DNA from: the human T2T-CHM13v2.0 reference genome, Homo sapiens
Strand: one strand, 5' to 3'
Assembly: GCF_009914755.1 (NCBI RefSeq)
Contig: NC_060937.1
DNA: 64,000 nucleotides
Shown here one piece after another: positions 35,387 through 52,034 of this stretch. The position numbers and the translations under genes are program-made. The first letter of the stretch is position 1, and every line of letters begins with the position of its first letter. The notes beneath the pieces were generated by a model, which was given only the letters and a program-made list of their open reading frames with translations, was not told the origin of the DNA and made no database searches.

Positions 35387-36010
35387 TCATGAATAGCGAC
35401 GAGCCCTGGGACAGCCCGCCCCACCCCGGAAGTGTCCCAATACATCGAGGCCTGCGGCCGGGGGCTGGTGTGGTTGGGGGGGAGGGCGTGATGATGGCGG
35501 TGGTGGGGCCAGAGAGACCAAGAGGAAGGGGGCTAGGGGGAAGGGGTGAGGGGGGCGCTTTGTGGGAGCTTGCTCTCCGGACCTCTCCAGGAATCCCGCA
35601 GGAACTGGAAGCCACTCTCTGGGCTCCCACGCTTCTTCAGCAGGGAGAAACCAGCCTGGGAGGGTGGAGGGGGGTGTGGAACTGAACCTCCGTGGGAGTC
35701 TTGAGTGTTCCAGGCCCTCTCTCCGTGAAGGAGGCAGTGCCTGTGGGTGTCGCCGTTGCCAGGACAGTCTCACACACGCAGGCATGTGGCTCTCGTTCAT
35801 TTCCACGTAGGAGACCAGAGCGAGAACCCAGAGAGAAGATGCCACCCCGGCGTGATGACCTGACGATGGATTCACGTGTGCGGCAACATGGGGAGTCTGC
35901 AGTATGGCCAGTTGGGAAACTGGCAAGGAGAGCGAAGGCACCATGCCGGTGTTCCACCCTTCCCTGCATGTTTCCAGGTGCCCGCAGAGCTCCGGGAGCA
36001 AACAGTCAAC

Positions 36011-36620
36011 ATGGCCAGCTTTTCGGGGGCCGGAGAGATGTGAGCAACAGGCCGTCTTGCACAGGGCAAAGCCACGCGGAAACCAAAATCATGCCTCTGT
36101 CGTCCCGAGTGTGTCTCTTCCGTGGTCAGGGCTGTCAGCCTCACGCTCCGTTGCGGGACTCAGCCTGGGTATGTGCAGTCTGTGAACCATGAGGGTGAAA
36201 ACCCGACGGCAACCCGAGTCCCGGTCTTTTGTCTCTGAGGAAACCGCCCATTCCCTGGGCCAAGGAATCGGGGAGAATGAGTGCCCCGCCGGCCGACGTG
36301 GCGGCTGTGGGCCGAGCCCTCAGCCCGCGCCGGAAGCTTACCATTTTACCGGAGGGCGGGGGTCCCGTTCCTCCCCGAGGCCGAAGACCGCTTTTCCTCT
36401 GTGCCTTCCTCCCTCTGTCCCCGGCTCCCTCCCGCCTGTCCCCAGTCCCTGTGTTGCTCTGTCTTTCCCTCCGTTCCTCCCTGCCTCCCTCCCTCCCTCC
36501 CTGCTAACGTCCCTCCACCCATCCTTCCACCCCTCTAGGTCTCCCGTTCCTCTCTCCATCTCTGCCCGCCTTCCCTCCCACCTGGAACGCTCAGCGTCAC
36601 CGGTGTTCACCGGGCCTGGG
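36011..36620 (-). repeat. D4Z4 inter-unit GC-rich spacer (hhspm3/LSau-type region) with polypurine tract
   Basis: Minus strand reads GGAACGCAGACCCCAGGCCCGG...GAGATGGAGAGAGGAACGGGAGACCTAGAGGGG...TGATTTTGGTTTCCGCGTGGCTTTGCCC, as recalled for D4Z4. Confidence 0.85.
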
Positions 36621-37039
36621 GTCTGCGTTCCACCGCCAAGCGCTCTATGGTGGCAGCTGGGTGGCTGCAGAGGCACCAGCGGGCCGGCGATGGTGGCGCG
36701 GAGGCACAGAGGAGGTGAGCCGCCGGAGGCGTGTCAGGCCTGGACGCTGCAAGGGCCCGGTGTTTCGCTGGATGGGGGTCTCCACCCAGCCCAGAGGCGG
36801 ACGCATTTTCCGGGGTGGGTGGTGGGGGTTGGTAGGGGGTGGTCAGGAGGGGTTGGTGTGTTGGAAAGGCATGAGAGCTCTGCCTGGGCTGCTGTCACAG
36901 CCCAGGCAGCTGCCCGCAAACCCGTGCCTGCGCAGTAGGCGGCCCATCTTCTGGTACCTGGGCCGGCTCTGGGATCCCCGGGATGCCCAGGAAAGAATGG
37001 CAGTTCTCCGCTGTGTGGAGCCTCTCACCAGGCCTAGAC

Positions 37040-38404
<1,365 letters not shown>

Positions 38405-39029
38405 TCATGAATGGCGGTGAGACTTGGGACTGCCCGTCCCACATCGGAAGGTTCCCAGGGCGTCGAGGCCTATGGTCGGGGGATGGTTTGGTGGGGGGGG
38501 AGGGCGTGGTGATGGTGGTGGTGGGGCCAGACAGACGAAGAAGAAGGGGGCGAGGGGGAAGGGGTGAGGGCGGCGCGTTTCGGGGGCAGGCTCTCCGGAC
38601 CTCTCTGGGAATCCCGCGGGAACTGGAAGGCGCTCTCTGCGCTCCCATGCATCTTCAGCAGGGAGAAACCGGCCTGGGAGGGTGGAGGGGAGTGTGGAAC
38701 TGAACCTCCGTGGGAGTCTGGAGTGTTCCAGACCTTATCTCCGTGAAGGAGGCAGTGCCTGTGTGTGTAGCCATTGCTGGGACAGTCTCACACGCTCAGG
38801 CTTGTGGCTCTCGTTCATTTCTATGTAGGAGACCAGAGAGAGATCCCAGAGAGAAGATGCATCCCCGGCGTGATGGCCTGAGGATAGATTCCCGTGTGCG
38901 GCAACATGGGGAGTCTGCAGTGTGGCCGGTTTGGAAACTGGCAAGGAGAGCGTTGGCACCATGCCGGTCTTCCACCCTTCCCTGCATATTTCCGGGTGCC
39001 CGCAGAGCTCCGGGAGCAAACAGTCAGTA

Positions 39030-42000
39030 TGAGACATCTCTGAACTGATCAACAAAGTGATGTAACCCTTGTCTAGGCTCTGCCTACAGGGGCTTTGTGA
39101 CATATCTCCGCACTGATCACCCAGGTGATGGGACTTTTGTGCAGGCTCTGCCTATGGGGGCATTGTGACATATCTCTACACTGATCTCCCATGTGATGTA
39201 ACACTTGTGCTGGATCTGCGTATGGGGGCATTGTGACATATTTCTGCACTGATCACCTAGGTGATGGGACTCTTGTCTAGGCTCTGTGTATTGCGGGCTT
39301 TGTGACATATCTCTGCACTGATCACCCAGGTGATGTAACGCATGACTAGGCTCTGCCTATGGGGCATAGTGACATATCACTGCATTGATCACCGAGGTGA
39401 TGTAACTCTGGTCCAGGCTCTGCCTATAGGGGTTCTTGTGACATATCTCTGCACTGATCATCTAGGTGATGTATCTCTTGCTTACGCTCTGCCTGCAGGG
39501 GCATTGTGAAATATCTCTGCACTGATCACCCAGGTGATGGGACTCTTCTCTATGCTCTGCATACTGGGGCCATTGTCACATATGTCTGCATTGATCACCC
39601 TGGTGACGGAATCATGTCTTGGATTTGCCTATGGGGGCATTGTGACATATCTCTGAACTGATCACCCAGGTCATGTAACTCTGGTCTAAGCTCTGCCTAA
39701 AGGGGCATTGTGACATATCTCTGCACTGATCACTCCGGTGATGTAACTATTGTCTAGGCTCTGCTTAAAGGGGCCTTTTCACATATCTCTGCACTGATCA
39801 CCGAAGTGATGTAACACTTGTCTAGGCTCTGCTTACAGGGGTATTGTGACATATCTCTGCACTGATCACCTAAGTGATGTAACACTTGCGTAGGCTCTGC
39901 CTACAGGGGCATTTTGACATATCTCTGCACTGTTAACCGAGGTGATATAACACTTCTCTAGGCTGTGCCCACAGGGGGATTGAGACATATCTCTACACTG
40001 ATCCCGAGGTGATCCACGTCTGGCCTGGTCTCTGCCTACTGGGGACATTGTGACATATCTATGCACTAATCTCCCAGGTATAGTAACTTTAGTCTAGGCT
40101 CTGGCTACACGGCATTGTGATATATCACTGCACTGATCACCCAGGTGATATAACTCTTGTCTATGCTCTGCCTACGTGGGTCGTGTGATATATCTCTACA
40201 CTGATCACCCAGGTGATATAACTCTTATTTAGGATCTGCCTACAGGGTGCTTTGTGACATATCTCTGCAATGATCACCCAGGTGATATACCACTTGTCAA
40301 GGCTCTGCCTACAGGGGCATTACGATGTATCTCTGCACTGATCACCTAGGTCATGTAACTCTTGTCTAGGCTCTGCCTACAGTGGCATTGTGACATATCT
40401 CTGCACTGATCACCCAGGTGATATAACTCTTTTCTTGGATCGGCCTACAGGGTGCTTTGTGACATATCCCTGCAATGATCACCCAGGTGATGTACCACTT
40501 GTCAAGGCTCTGCCTACAGGGACATTGCGATGTATCTCTGCACTGATCACCTAGGTCATGTAACAGTTGTTTAGGCTCTGCCTACAGAGGCATTGTGACA
40601 TATCTCTGCACTGATTATCCAAGTGATGTAACACTTGTCTAGGATCTGCCTAAAGGGACTTTGTGACATAACTCTGCACTGATCATCCAGGTGATGGGGC
40701 TTTTGTCTAGGATCTGCCTAAGGGGGAATTGTGACATATTACTGCACTGATCACCCAGGTGACGGACTCTTGTCTTGGATCTGCCTTTGGGGGCCCTGTG
40801 ACATATCTATGCACTGATCACCCAGCTGATGTAACTGTTGTACAAGCTCTGGCTACCGGGGAATTGTGAGAGATCTCACTACTGATCACCCAAGTGATGT
40901 AACTATTGTCTACGCTTTGCCTACAGGGGGCTTTGTGATATATATTTGCACCGATCACCCAGGTGATGTAACTCTTTTCTTGTCTCTGCCTACAGAGGGC
41001 GTTGTGACATCACTCTGCACGGATCACCTGGGTTATGTAACTCTTGTCTAGGCTCTGCCTACGGGGGCATTGTGACTTATCTCTGCACTGATCACCCAGG
41101 AGATGTGACTCTTGTCTAAGCTCTCCCTAGAGGTACATTCGGATATATCCCTGCACTGATCGCTGAGGTGATGTAAAACTTGTCTAGACTTTGCCTACAG
41201 TGGGATTTATGACATATATCTGCACTGATCACCCAGGTGATGTAACTCTTCTCTAGGCTCTGCTTACAGTGGGTATTGTGAGATATCTCTGCACTGATCA
41301 CCTAGGTGATGTAACTCTTGTCTAGGCTCTGCCTACAGGGGCATTTTAACATATCACTTCACTGATCACCGAGATGATGGAACTCTTGTATAGGTTATAC
41401 CGACAGGGGGCATTGAGACATATCTCTGCACTGATCACCGAGGTGATGCCACTCTTGCCTGGGATCTGCTTACAGGGGGCATTGTGACAATATCTCTGCC
41501 CTGATCACCCAGGTGATGTAACACTTGTCTAGGCTCTGCCTACTGGAGACATTGTGACATATCTCTGCACTAATCACCCAAGTGATGTCACATTTGTCAA
41601 GGATATGGCTGCAGGGATATTGTGACATGTCACTGCAATGATCTCACAGCTGATGTTACTTTTGTCTAGGCTCTGGCTACAGGGGCTTGTGACACATCTC
41701 TGCACTGATCACCCAGGTGATGTATCCCTTGTGTAGGCTCTGCCAAAAGGGGCATTGTGACATAACTCTGCACTGATCACCCAGGTGATGGGACTCTTGT
41801 CTAGGCTCTGCCGACAGGGGCATTGTGACATATCTCTGCAGTGATCACGCAGGTGATGTAACTCTTGTCTATATCTGCCTACTGGCGGCATTGTGGCATA
41901 TTTCTGCACTGATCACGCAGGTGATGGACTCTTGTCTTGGATCGCCTATGGGGGCATAGTGTCATAAGTCTGCACTGATCACTCATGTGATGTAATGCTT

Positions 42001-43650
42001 GTCTAAGCTGCGCCTAAAAGGGAATTGTGACAGATATCTCCACTAATCACCCAGGTGATGTAACAATTTTCTGGGATTTGTCTACAGGGGGCTTTGTGAC
42101 TTATCTTTGAACTGATCACCCAGGTGATGTAACTCTTGTCTAGGCTCGGCCTACATGGGCTTTGTGACATATTTCTGCACTGATCACCTAGGTTATGTAA
42201 CTGTTGTCTTGGCTCCAACTTCAGGGGTTGTTGTGACATAGCTCTGCACTGATCACCCAGCTGATGTAACTCCTGTCTACGCTCCACCTACAGGGGGTAT
42301 TGAGATGTATCTCTGCAGTGATCACCCAGGTGATGTAACATTTATCTAGGCTCTGTCTACAGGGGCGTTTTTACATAGCTCTGCACATATCACCTGGGTT
42401 ATGTATCTCTAGTCCACTCTCTGCCTACAGGGAGCTTTGTGAAATATCTCTGCCCTGATCACCAAGGTGATGGGACTCTTCTCTATACTCTGCCTATAGA
42501 GGGATTTGTGACATCTCTCTGCACTGATCACCCAGGTGATGGAAGTCTTGTCTAGGCTCTGTCTATGGGGGCATTATGTCAAATATCTGCACCGATCACC
42601 CAGGTGATGTAACTCTTTTCTAGGCTCTGTCTACAGGGATTTTTGTGACATATCACTGTACTGATCACCTAGGTGATGTAAGCCTTGTATGGGCTTTGCC
42701 TACAGAACGCTTTGTGACATATCTATGCACTGAACTCTGAGGTGATGCAAATCTTATCCAGGCACTGCCTACCAGGGTCATTGGTACATATCTCTGCACT
42801 GATCACCCAGGTGATGGACACTTGTCTTAGATCTGCCATCATGGGCATTGTGACACATCTCTGAACTGATCAACCAAGTGATGAAACTCTTGTCTAGGCT
42901 CTGCTGACAGGGGTTTTGTGACACATCTCTGCACTGACCACCCTGGGGAGGGAACTCTTGTCTACGCGCTGCCTACAGGAGGCTTTATGACTTATACCTG
43001 CACTGATAACCTAGGTGATGTAACATTTGTCTAGGCTCTGCCTACACGGGAATTCTCACATATCTCTGCACTGATCACCCAGGTGATATAACTCCTGTCT
43101 ACTTTCAGCCTACAGGAGCATTTTGACATATCTCTGCACTGATCACCTAGGTGATGTAACCCTTGTCTAAGCTCTGCCTACAGGGGCATTGTGACAGATC
43201 TCTCCACTGCTCACCCAGGTGATGTAACAATTGTCTGTGCTTTGCCAACAGGGGGCTTTGTGATATACATTTCCACTGATCAAACAGCTGATGTAACCCT
43301 TGTCAAGGTTCTGCTTACAGGGGCTTTGTGACATATCTCTGCACTGATCACCCCAGGGAGGAAACAGTTGTCTACACTCTCCCTACAGGAGGCTTTATGA
43401 CTTATCCCTGCACTGATCACTAGGTGATGTAACACTTGTCTAGGCTCTGTCTACATGGGAATTTTCACATGTCTCTACAATGATCACCGAGGTGATGTAA
43501 ATCATTTCCAGGCTGTTTGTACAGGGTACATTGTGATATATCTCTGCACTGATCACCCAAATGATGCAAATCTTCTCTAAGCTCTGCAGGGAGGGGGCAT
43601 TGTGACATATTTCTGAACTGATCATCCAGGAGATGTAACTATTCTCAAGG
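39030..43650 (-). repeat. Beta satellite array
   Basis: 68-bp monomers, reverse orientation. Confidence 0.97.
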
Positions 43651-46441
<2,791 letters not shown>

Positions 46442-49400
46442 TGCCATATCTCTGAACTGATCAACAAAGTGAGGTAACTATTGTCTAGGCTCTGCCTACA
46501 GGGGCTTTGTGACATATCTCTGCACTGATCACCCAGGTGATGGGACTTTTGTCTATGCTCTGCCTATGGGGGCATTTTGACATATCTCTACACTGATCAC
46601 CCAGGTGACGTAACCCTTGTGTTGGTTCTGCCTATGGGGGCATTGTGACATATCTCTGCACTGATCACCCAGGTGATGTAACGCTTGACTAAGCTCTGCC
46701 TTTGGGACATAGAGACATATCACTGCATTGATCACCGAGGTGATGTAACTCTTGTCCAGGCTCTGCCTATAGGGGGGCCTTGTGACGTATCTCTGCACTG
46801 ATCATCTAGGTGATGTAACTCTTGCTTACGCTCTGCCTGCAGGGGCGTTGTCACATATTTCTGCACTGATCACCCTGGTGACGGACCCTTGTCTTGGATT
46901 TGCCTATGGGGGCATTGGGACATATCTCTGCACTGATCACCTAGGTGATGTAATTCTGGTCTAAGCTCTGCCTAAAGGGGCATTGTGACAGATCTCTGCA
47001 CTGATCACTCAGGTGATGTAAATATTGTCTAGGCTCTGCTTAAACTGGCCTTGTCACATACCTATGCACTGATCACCCTTTTGATGTAACTCTTGTCTAG
47101 GCTCTGCTTACAGGGGGTATTGTGACATATCTCCGCATTGATCACCAAAGTGATGTAACACTTGTGTAGGTTCGGCCTACAGGGGCATTTTGAAATATCT
47201 CTGCACTGTTAACCAAGGTGATGTAACTCTTGTTTAGGCTGTGCCCACAGGGGGATTGAGACATATCTCTGCATTGATCCCCAGGTGATCGAATTCTTGC
47301 CTGGTCTCTGCCTACTGGGGACATTGTGACATATCTCTGCACTGATCTCCCAGGTGTTGTAACTTTAGTCTAGGCTCTGGCTACACCGCATTGTGACATA
47401 TCACTGAACTGATCACCCAGGTGATATAACTCTTGTATAGGCTCTGCCTACAGGGGGCTTTTGACATATCTCTGCACTGATCATCCAGGTGATATAACTA
47501 TTCCCTAGCATCTGCCTACAGGGTGTTTTGTCACATATCCCTGCAATGATCACCATGGGGATATACCAATTGTCCAGGCTCTGACTACAGGGGCATTACG
47601 ATGTATCTGTGCACTGATCACCTAGGTCATGTAACTCTTGTCTAGGCTCTGCCTACAGTGGCATTGTGACATGTCTCTGCACTAATCATCCAAGTGATGT
47701 AACACTTGTCTAGTATCTGCCTAAAGGGACTTTGTGACATAATTCTGCACTGATCATCTAGGTGATGGGGCTTTTGTCTAGGCTCCGCCTAAGGGGGAAT
47801 TGTGACATGTTTCTGCACTGATCACCCAGGTGATGGACTCTTGTCTTGGATCTGCCTAAGGGGGTACTGTGACATATCTCTGCACTGATCACCCAGGTGA
47901 TGTAACCCTTGTCTAGGCTCTGCCAAAAAGGGGCATTGTGGCATAGCTCTGCACTGATCACCCAGGTGATGGGACTCTTGACTAAGCTCTGCCTTCAGGG
48001 GCATTGTGACATATCTCTGCAGTGATCACGCAGGTGATGTAACTCTTGTCTATATCTGCCTACTGGCGGCATTGTGGCATATTTCTGCACTGATTACCAA
48101 GGTGACGGACTCTTGTCTTGGATCTGCGTATGGGGGCATAGTGACATATCTCTGCACTGATCACTCTTGTGATGTAACGTTTGTCTAAGCAGCGACTAAA
48201 GGGGAATTGTGACAGATATATCCACTGATCACCCAGGTGATGTAACAATTTTCAGGGATTTGTCTACAGGGGGCTTTGTGACATATCTTTGCACTGATCA
48301 CCCAGGAGAGGTAACAAGTCTTGTCTAGGCTGGGCCTACTGGGGCTTTGTGACATACTTCTGCATTGATCACCCAGGTGATGTAACTCTTGCTTAGGATC
48401 TGCCTACAAGGGCTTTGTGACATATATCTGTACTGATCACCCAGGTGATATAATTCTTCTCTAGGCTCCACCTACAGGGGGGATTGTGACGTATCTCTGC
48501 GCTGATCTCCCAGGTGATGTAACATTTATCTAGGCTCTGCCTACTTGGGCGTTTTGACATAGCTCTGCACAGATCACCGAGGTTATGTAACTCTTGTCCA
48601 CTCTCTGCCCACAGGGGGCATTGTGAAATATCTCTGCACTGATCACTCAGGTGATGGGACTCTTCTCTATACTCTGCCTAAATGGCGATTTGTGACATGT
48701 CTCTGCACTGATCACCCAGATGATGGAAGTCTTCTCTAGGCTCTGTCTATGGGGGCATTGTGTCAAATATCTGCACTGATCACCCAGATGATGTAACTCT
48801 TTTCTAGGCTCTGTCTATAGGGATTTTTGTGACATATCACTGCACTGATCACCGAGGTAATGTAAGCCTTGTATGGGCTTTGCCTACAGAAGGCTTTGTG
48901 ACATATCTATGCACTGATCTCTGAGGTGATGCAACTCTTGTCTAGGTACTGCCTACAGGGGACATTGGTACATATCTCTGCACTGATCACCCAGGTGATG
49001 GACTCTTGACTTAGATCTGCCAACATGGACATTGTGACACATCTCTGAACTGATCAACCAAGTGATGAAACACTTGACTAGGCTCTGCCTACAGGGGCAT
49101 TGTGAAACATCTCTTCACTGATCACCCTGGGGAGGGAACTCTTGTGTACACTCTGCCTACAGGAGTCTTTATGACTTATGCCTGCACTGATAACCTGGGT
49201 GATGTAACACTTGTCTAGACTCTGCCTACATGGGAATTCTCACAAATCTCTGCACTGATCACCTAGGTGACGGACTGTTGTCTTGGATCTGCCTATGGGG
49301 GAATTGTGACATATCTCTACACTGATAACCCAGGTGATGTAACTGTTGTATAAGCTCTGCCTACAGGGGAATTTTGAGAGGTCTCGCCACTGATCACCCA

Positions 49401-51135
49401 AGGGATGTAACTCTTGTCTAGGCTCTGCCTACAGGGGAATTGTGAGAGGTCTCGCCACTGATCACCCAAGTGATGTAACTCTTGTCTAGGCTTTGCCTAC
49501 AGGGGGCTTTGTGACATACCTTTCCACTGAACACCCAGGTGATGTAACACATCTAAGTTCGGCCTAAAGGAGCTTTGTGACATATCTCTGCACTGATCAC
49601 TTAGGTGATGTAACACTTTTATAATCACTGCCTACAGGGAATTTGACGAATCTCTGCACTGATCACCTAGGTGATGTAACTCTTGTCTACCCTCTGCCCA
49701 AAGGGGGCATTGTGAAATATCTCTGCACTGATTACCCAGGTGAATCAACTCTTGTCTAGGATCTGCATACAGGGGGTATTGTGAAATCTCTCTGAACTCA
49801 TCAACAAGGGGATGTAACTCTTGTCTAAACTCTGCCTACAGGGGCGTTTTCACATATCCCTGAACGGATGACAAAGGTGATGTAACTCTTGCCTAGGCTT
49901 TGCCCACAGGGGATATTGTGACATATCTCTGCACTGATCACCCAGGTGATGCAATTCTTCTCTTTGCTCTGCCTACAGGGGACATTTTGACATATCCCTG
50001 CACAGATCACCCAGGTGATGCAACTCTTCTCTATGCTCTGCCTACAGGGGGCATTGTGACATATCTCTACAGTGATCACCCAGTTGATGTACCTCTTTTC
50101 TAGTCTCTGCCTTCAGAGGACGTTGTGACATCACTCTGCACGGATCACCTGCGTTATGTAACTCTTGTCTAGGCTCTGCCTATGGGGGAATTGTGACTTA
50201 TCTCCGCACTGATCACCCAGGAGATATGACTCTTGTCTAAGCTCTGCCTAGAGGGACATTGGGACATGTCTCTGCACTGAACACTTAGATGATGTAAAAC
50301 TTGTCTAGGCTTTGCCTACAGTGGAACTTATGACATATCTGTGCACTGATCACCCAGGCGATGTAACTCTTCTGTAGGTTCTGCTTACAGGGGGTATTGT
50401 GAGATATCTCTGCCCTGATCACACAAGTGATGTAACTAGTGTCTAGGCTCTGACTACAGGGGCATTGTGACATATCTCTGCAGTGATCACTCATGTGATG
50501 TAACGCTTGTCTAAGCTGCACCTAAAGGGGAATTGTGACCGATATCTCCACTGATCACCCAGGTGATGTAACAGTTTTCTGGGATTTGTCTACAGGGGGC
50601 TTTGTGACATATCTTTGGACTGATGACCCAGGAGATATAACTCTTGTCTAGGTTCGGCCTACAGGGTCTTTGTGTCATATTTCTGCACTGATCACCCAGG
50701 TGATGTAACAGTTGTTTAGGCTCTGCCTACAGGGGCTTTGTGACATATCTCTGCAGTGATCACCCCAGGGAGGAAACAGTTGTCTACACTCTGCCTACGG
50801 GAGGCTTTATGACTTATCCCTGCACTCATCACTAGGTGATGTAACACTTGTCTAGGCTCTGTCTACACGGGAATTTTCACATATCTCTACACTGATCACC
50901 TAAGTGATGTAACCCTTGTCTAGGTTCAGCCTACTGGGGATTTCTGACATAGCTATGCACTGATCACCGAGGTGATGTAAATCATTTCCAGGCTTTTTGT
51001 ACAGGGGACATTATGATATATCTCTGCACTGATCACCCAAATGATGCAAATCTTCTCTAGGTTCCGCAGGGAGGGGGCATTGTTACATATTTCTGAACTG
51101 ATCATGCAGGAGATGTAACTATTCTCCAGGCTTTG
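46442..51135 (-). repeat. Beta satellite array
   Basis: 68-bp monomers, reverse orientation. Confidence 0.97.
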
Positions 51136-52003
51136 ACTAAAGAGCGTTGGAAGGTGTTGGGAGAGCCTCAGCCAGAATTTCATGGACGGACAAGGGCACA
51201 GAGAGGCCAGCGGGCTCCCTTGCACGTCAGCCAGTGTGCGCAATGAGCGCAGGTGTATCCAGGAGGCCGGCAAAGAGAGCTAGAGGTCTGCGTTCCGCCC
51301 CCAGGTGCTCCGTGTTGGCAGCTGAGAGGCTGCAGGGGCACGGGCGGGCCGGCAATGGTGGTGCGGAGGCGCAGAGGAGTCGAGCCGCCGGAGGGGTGTC
51401 TGGCCTGGACGCTGCGTGGATCCGGTGTTTCACGGGACACTTGTCTCCACCCAGCCCATGGGAGGACTCATTTTCCTGCTGGGGTGAATGTGTGGATGGT
51501 GTGCTCAGGCGGCGGTGGGGTGGAGGAAAGGCAGGAGAGCTCTGACCGGGCTGCTCCCACAGCCTAGACGGCTGCCCACAAACCCGCACGTGCGCAGTGG
51601 GCGGCCCAACTGCTGGTACTTGGGCCTGCTCTGGGATCCCTGGGATGCCCAGGAAAGGATGGCAGTTCTCTGCTTTGTGGATTCTGTCACTGTGCCTAGA
51701 AGTAGAAGGCAGGATTCCCAGGCCGGTTAGCCCGGTGGAGGGGGCGGGGGGAAGACACGCCCCACCATAGCCAGCCAGGTGTTCCCCGCGAAAGAGAGGC
51801 CACCACCCTGCCCCGACCCGAACCCGTCCCAACCCCGCGTCCTAAACCTCCTCCAGCAGAGCCCGGTATTCTTCCTCGCTGAGGGGTGTTTCCAGTGAGG
51901 CGGCCTCTTCGAAGGCCTCCAGCTCACCCGGGGCCTCCATTTCTAGGAAACGTTGCCCCTGCTGCAGAAACTCTGGGCTCGCCAGGAGCTCATCCAGCAG
52001 CAG
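51136..52003 (-). repeat. D4Z4-like unit 8, 3' fragment
   Basis: Last ~54 DUX codons, exon-2 and pLAM-like region only. Confidence 0.9.
51842..52003 (-). pseudogene. DUX4L: DUX4-like C-terminal fragment (unit 8)
   Basis: [53 protein letters not shown] within track ORF 51842..52096. Confidence 0.88.
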
Positions 52004-52034
52004 TGAATCCTGCAGTGATCCTGCAGTGCATCCT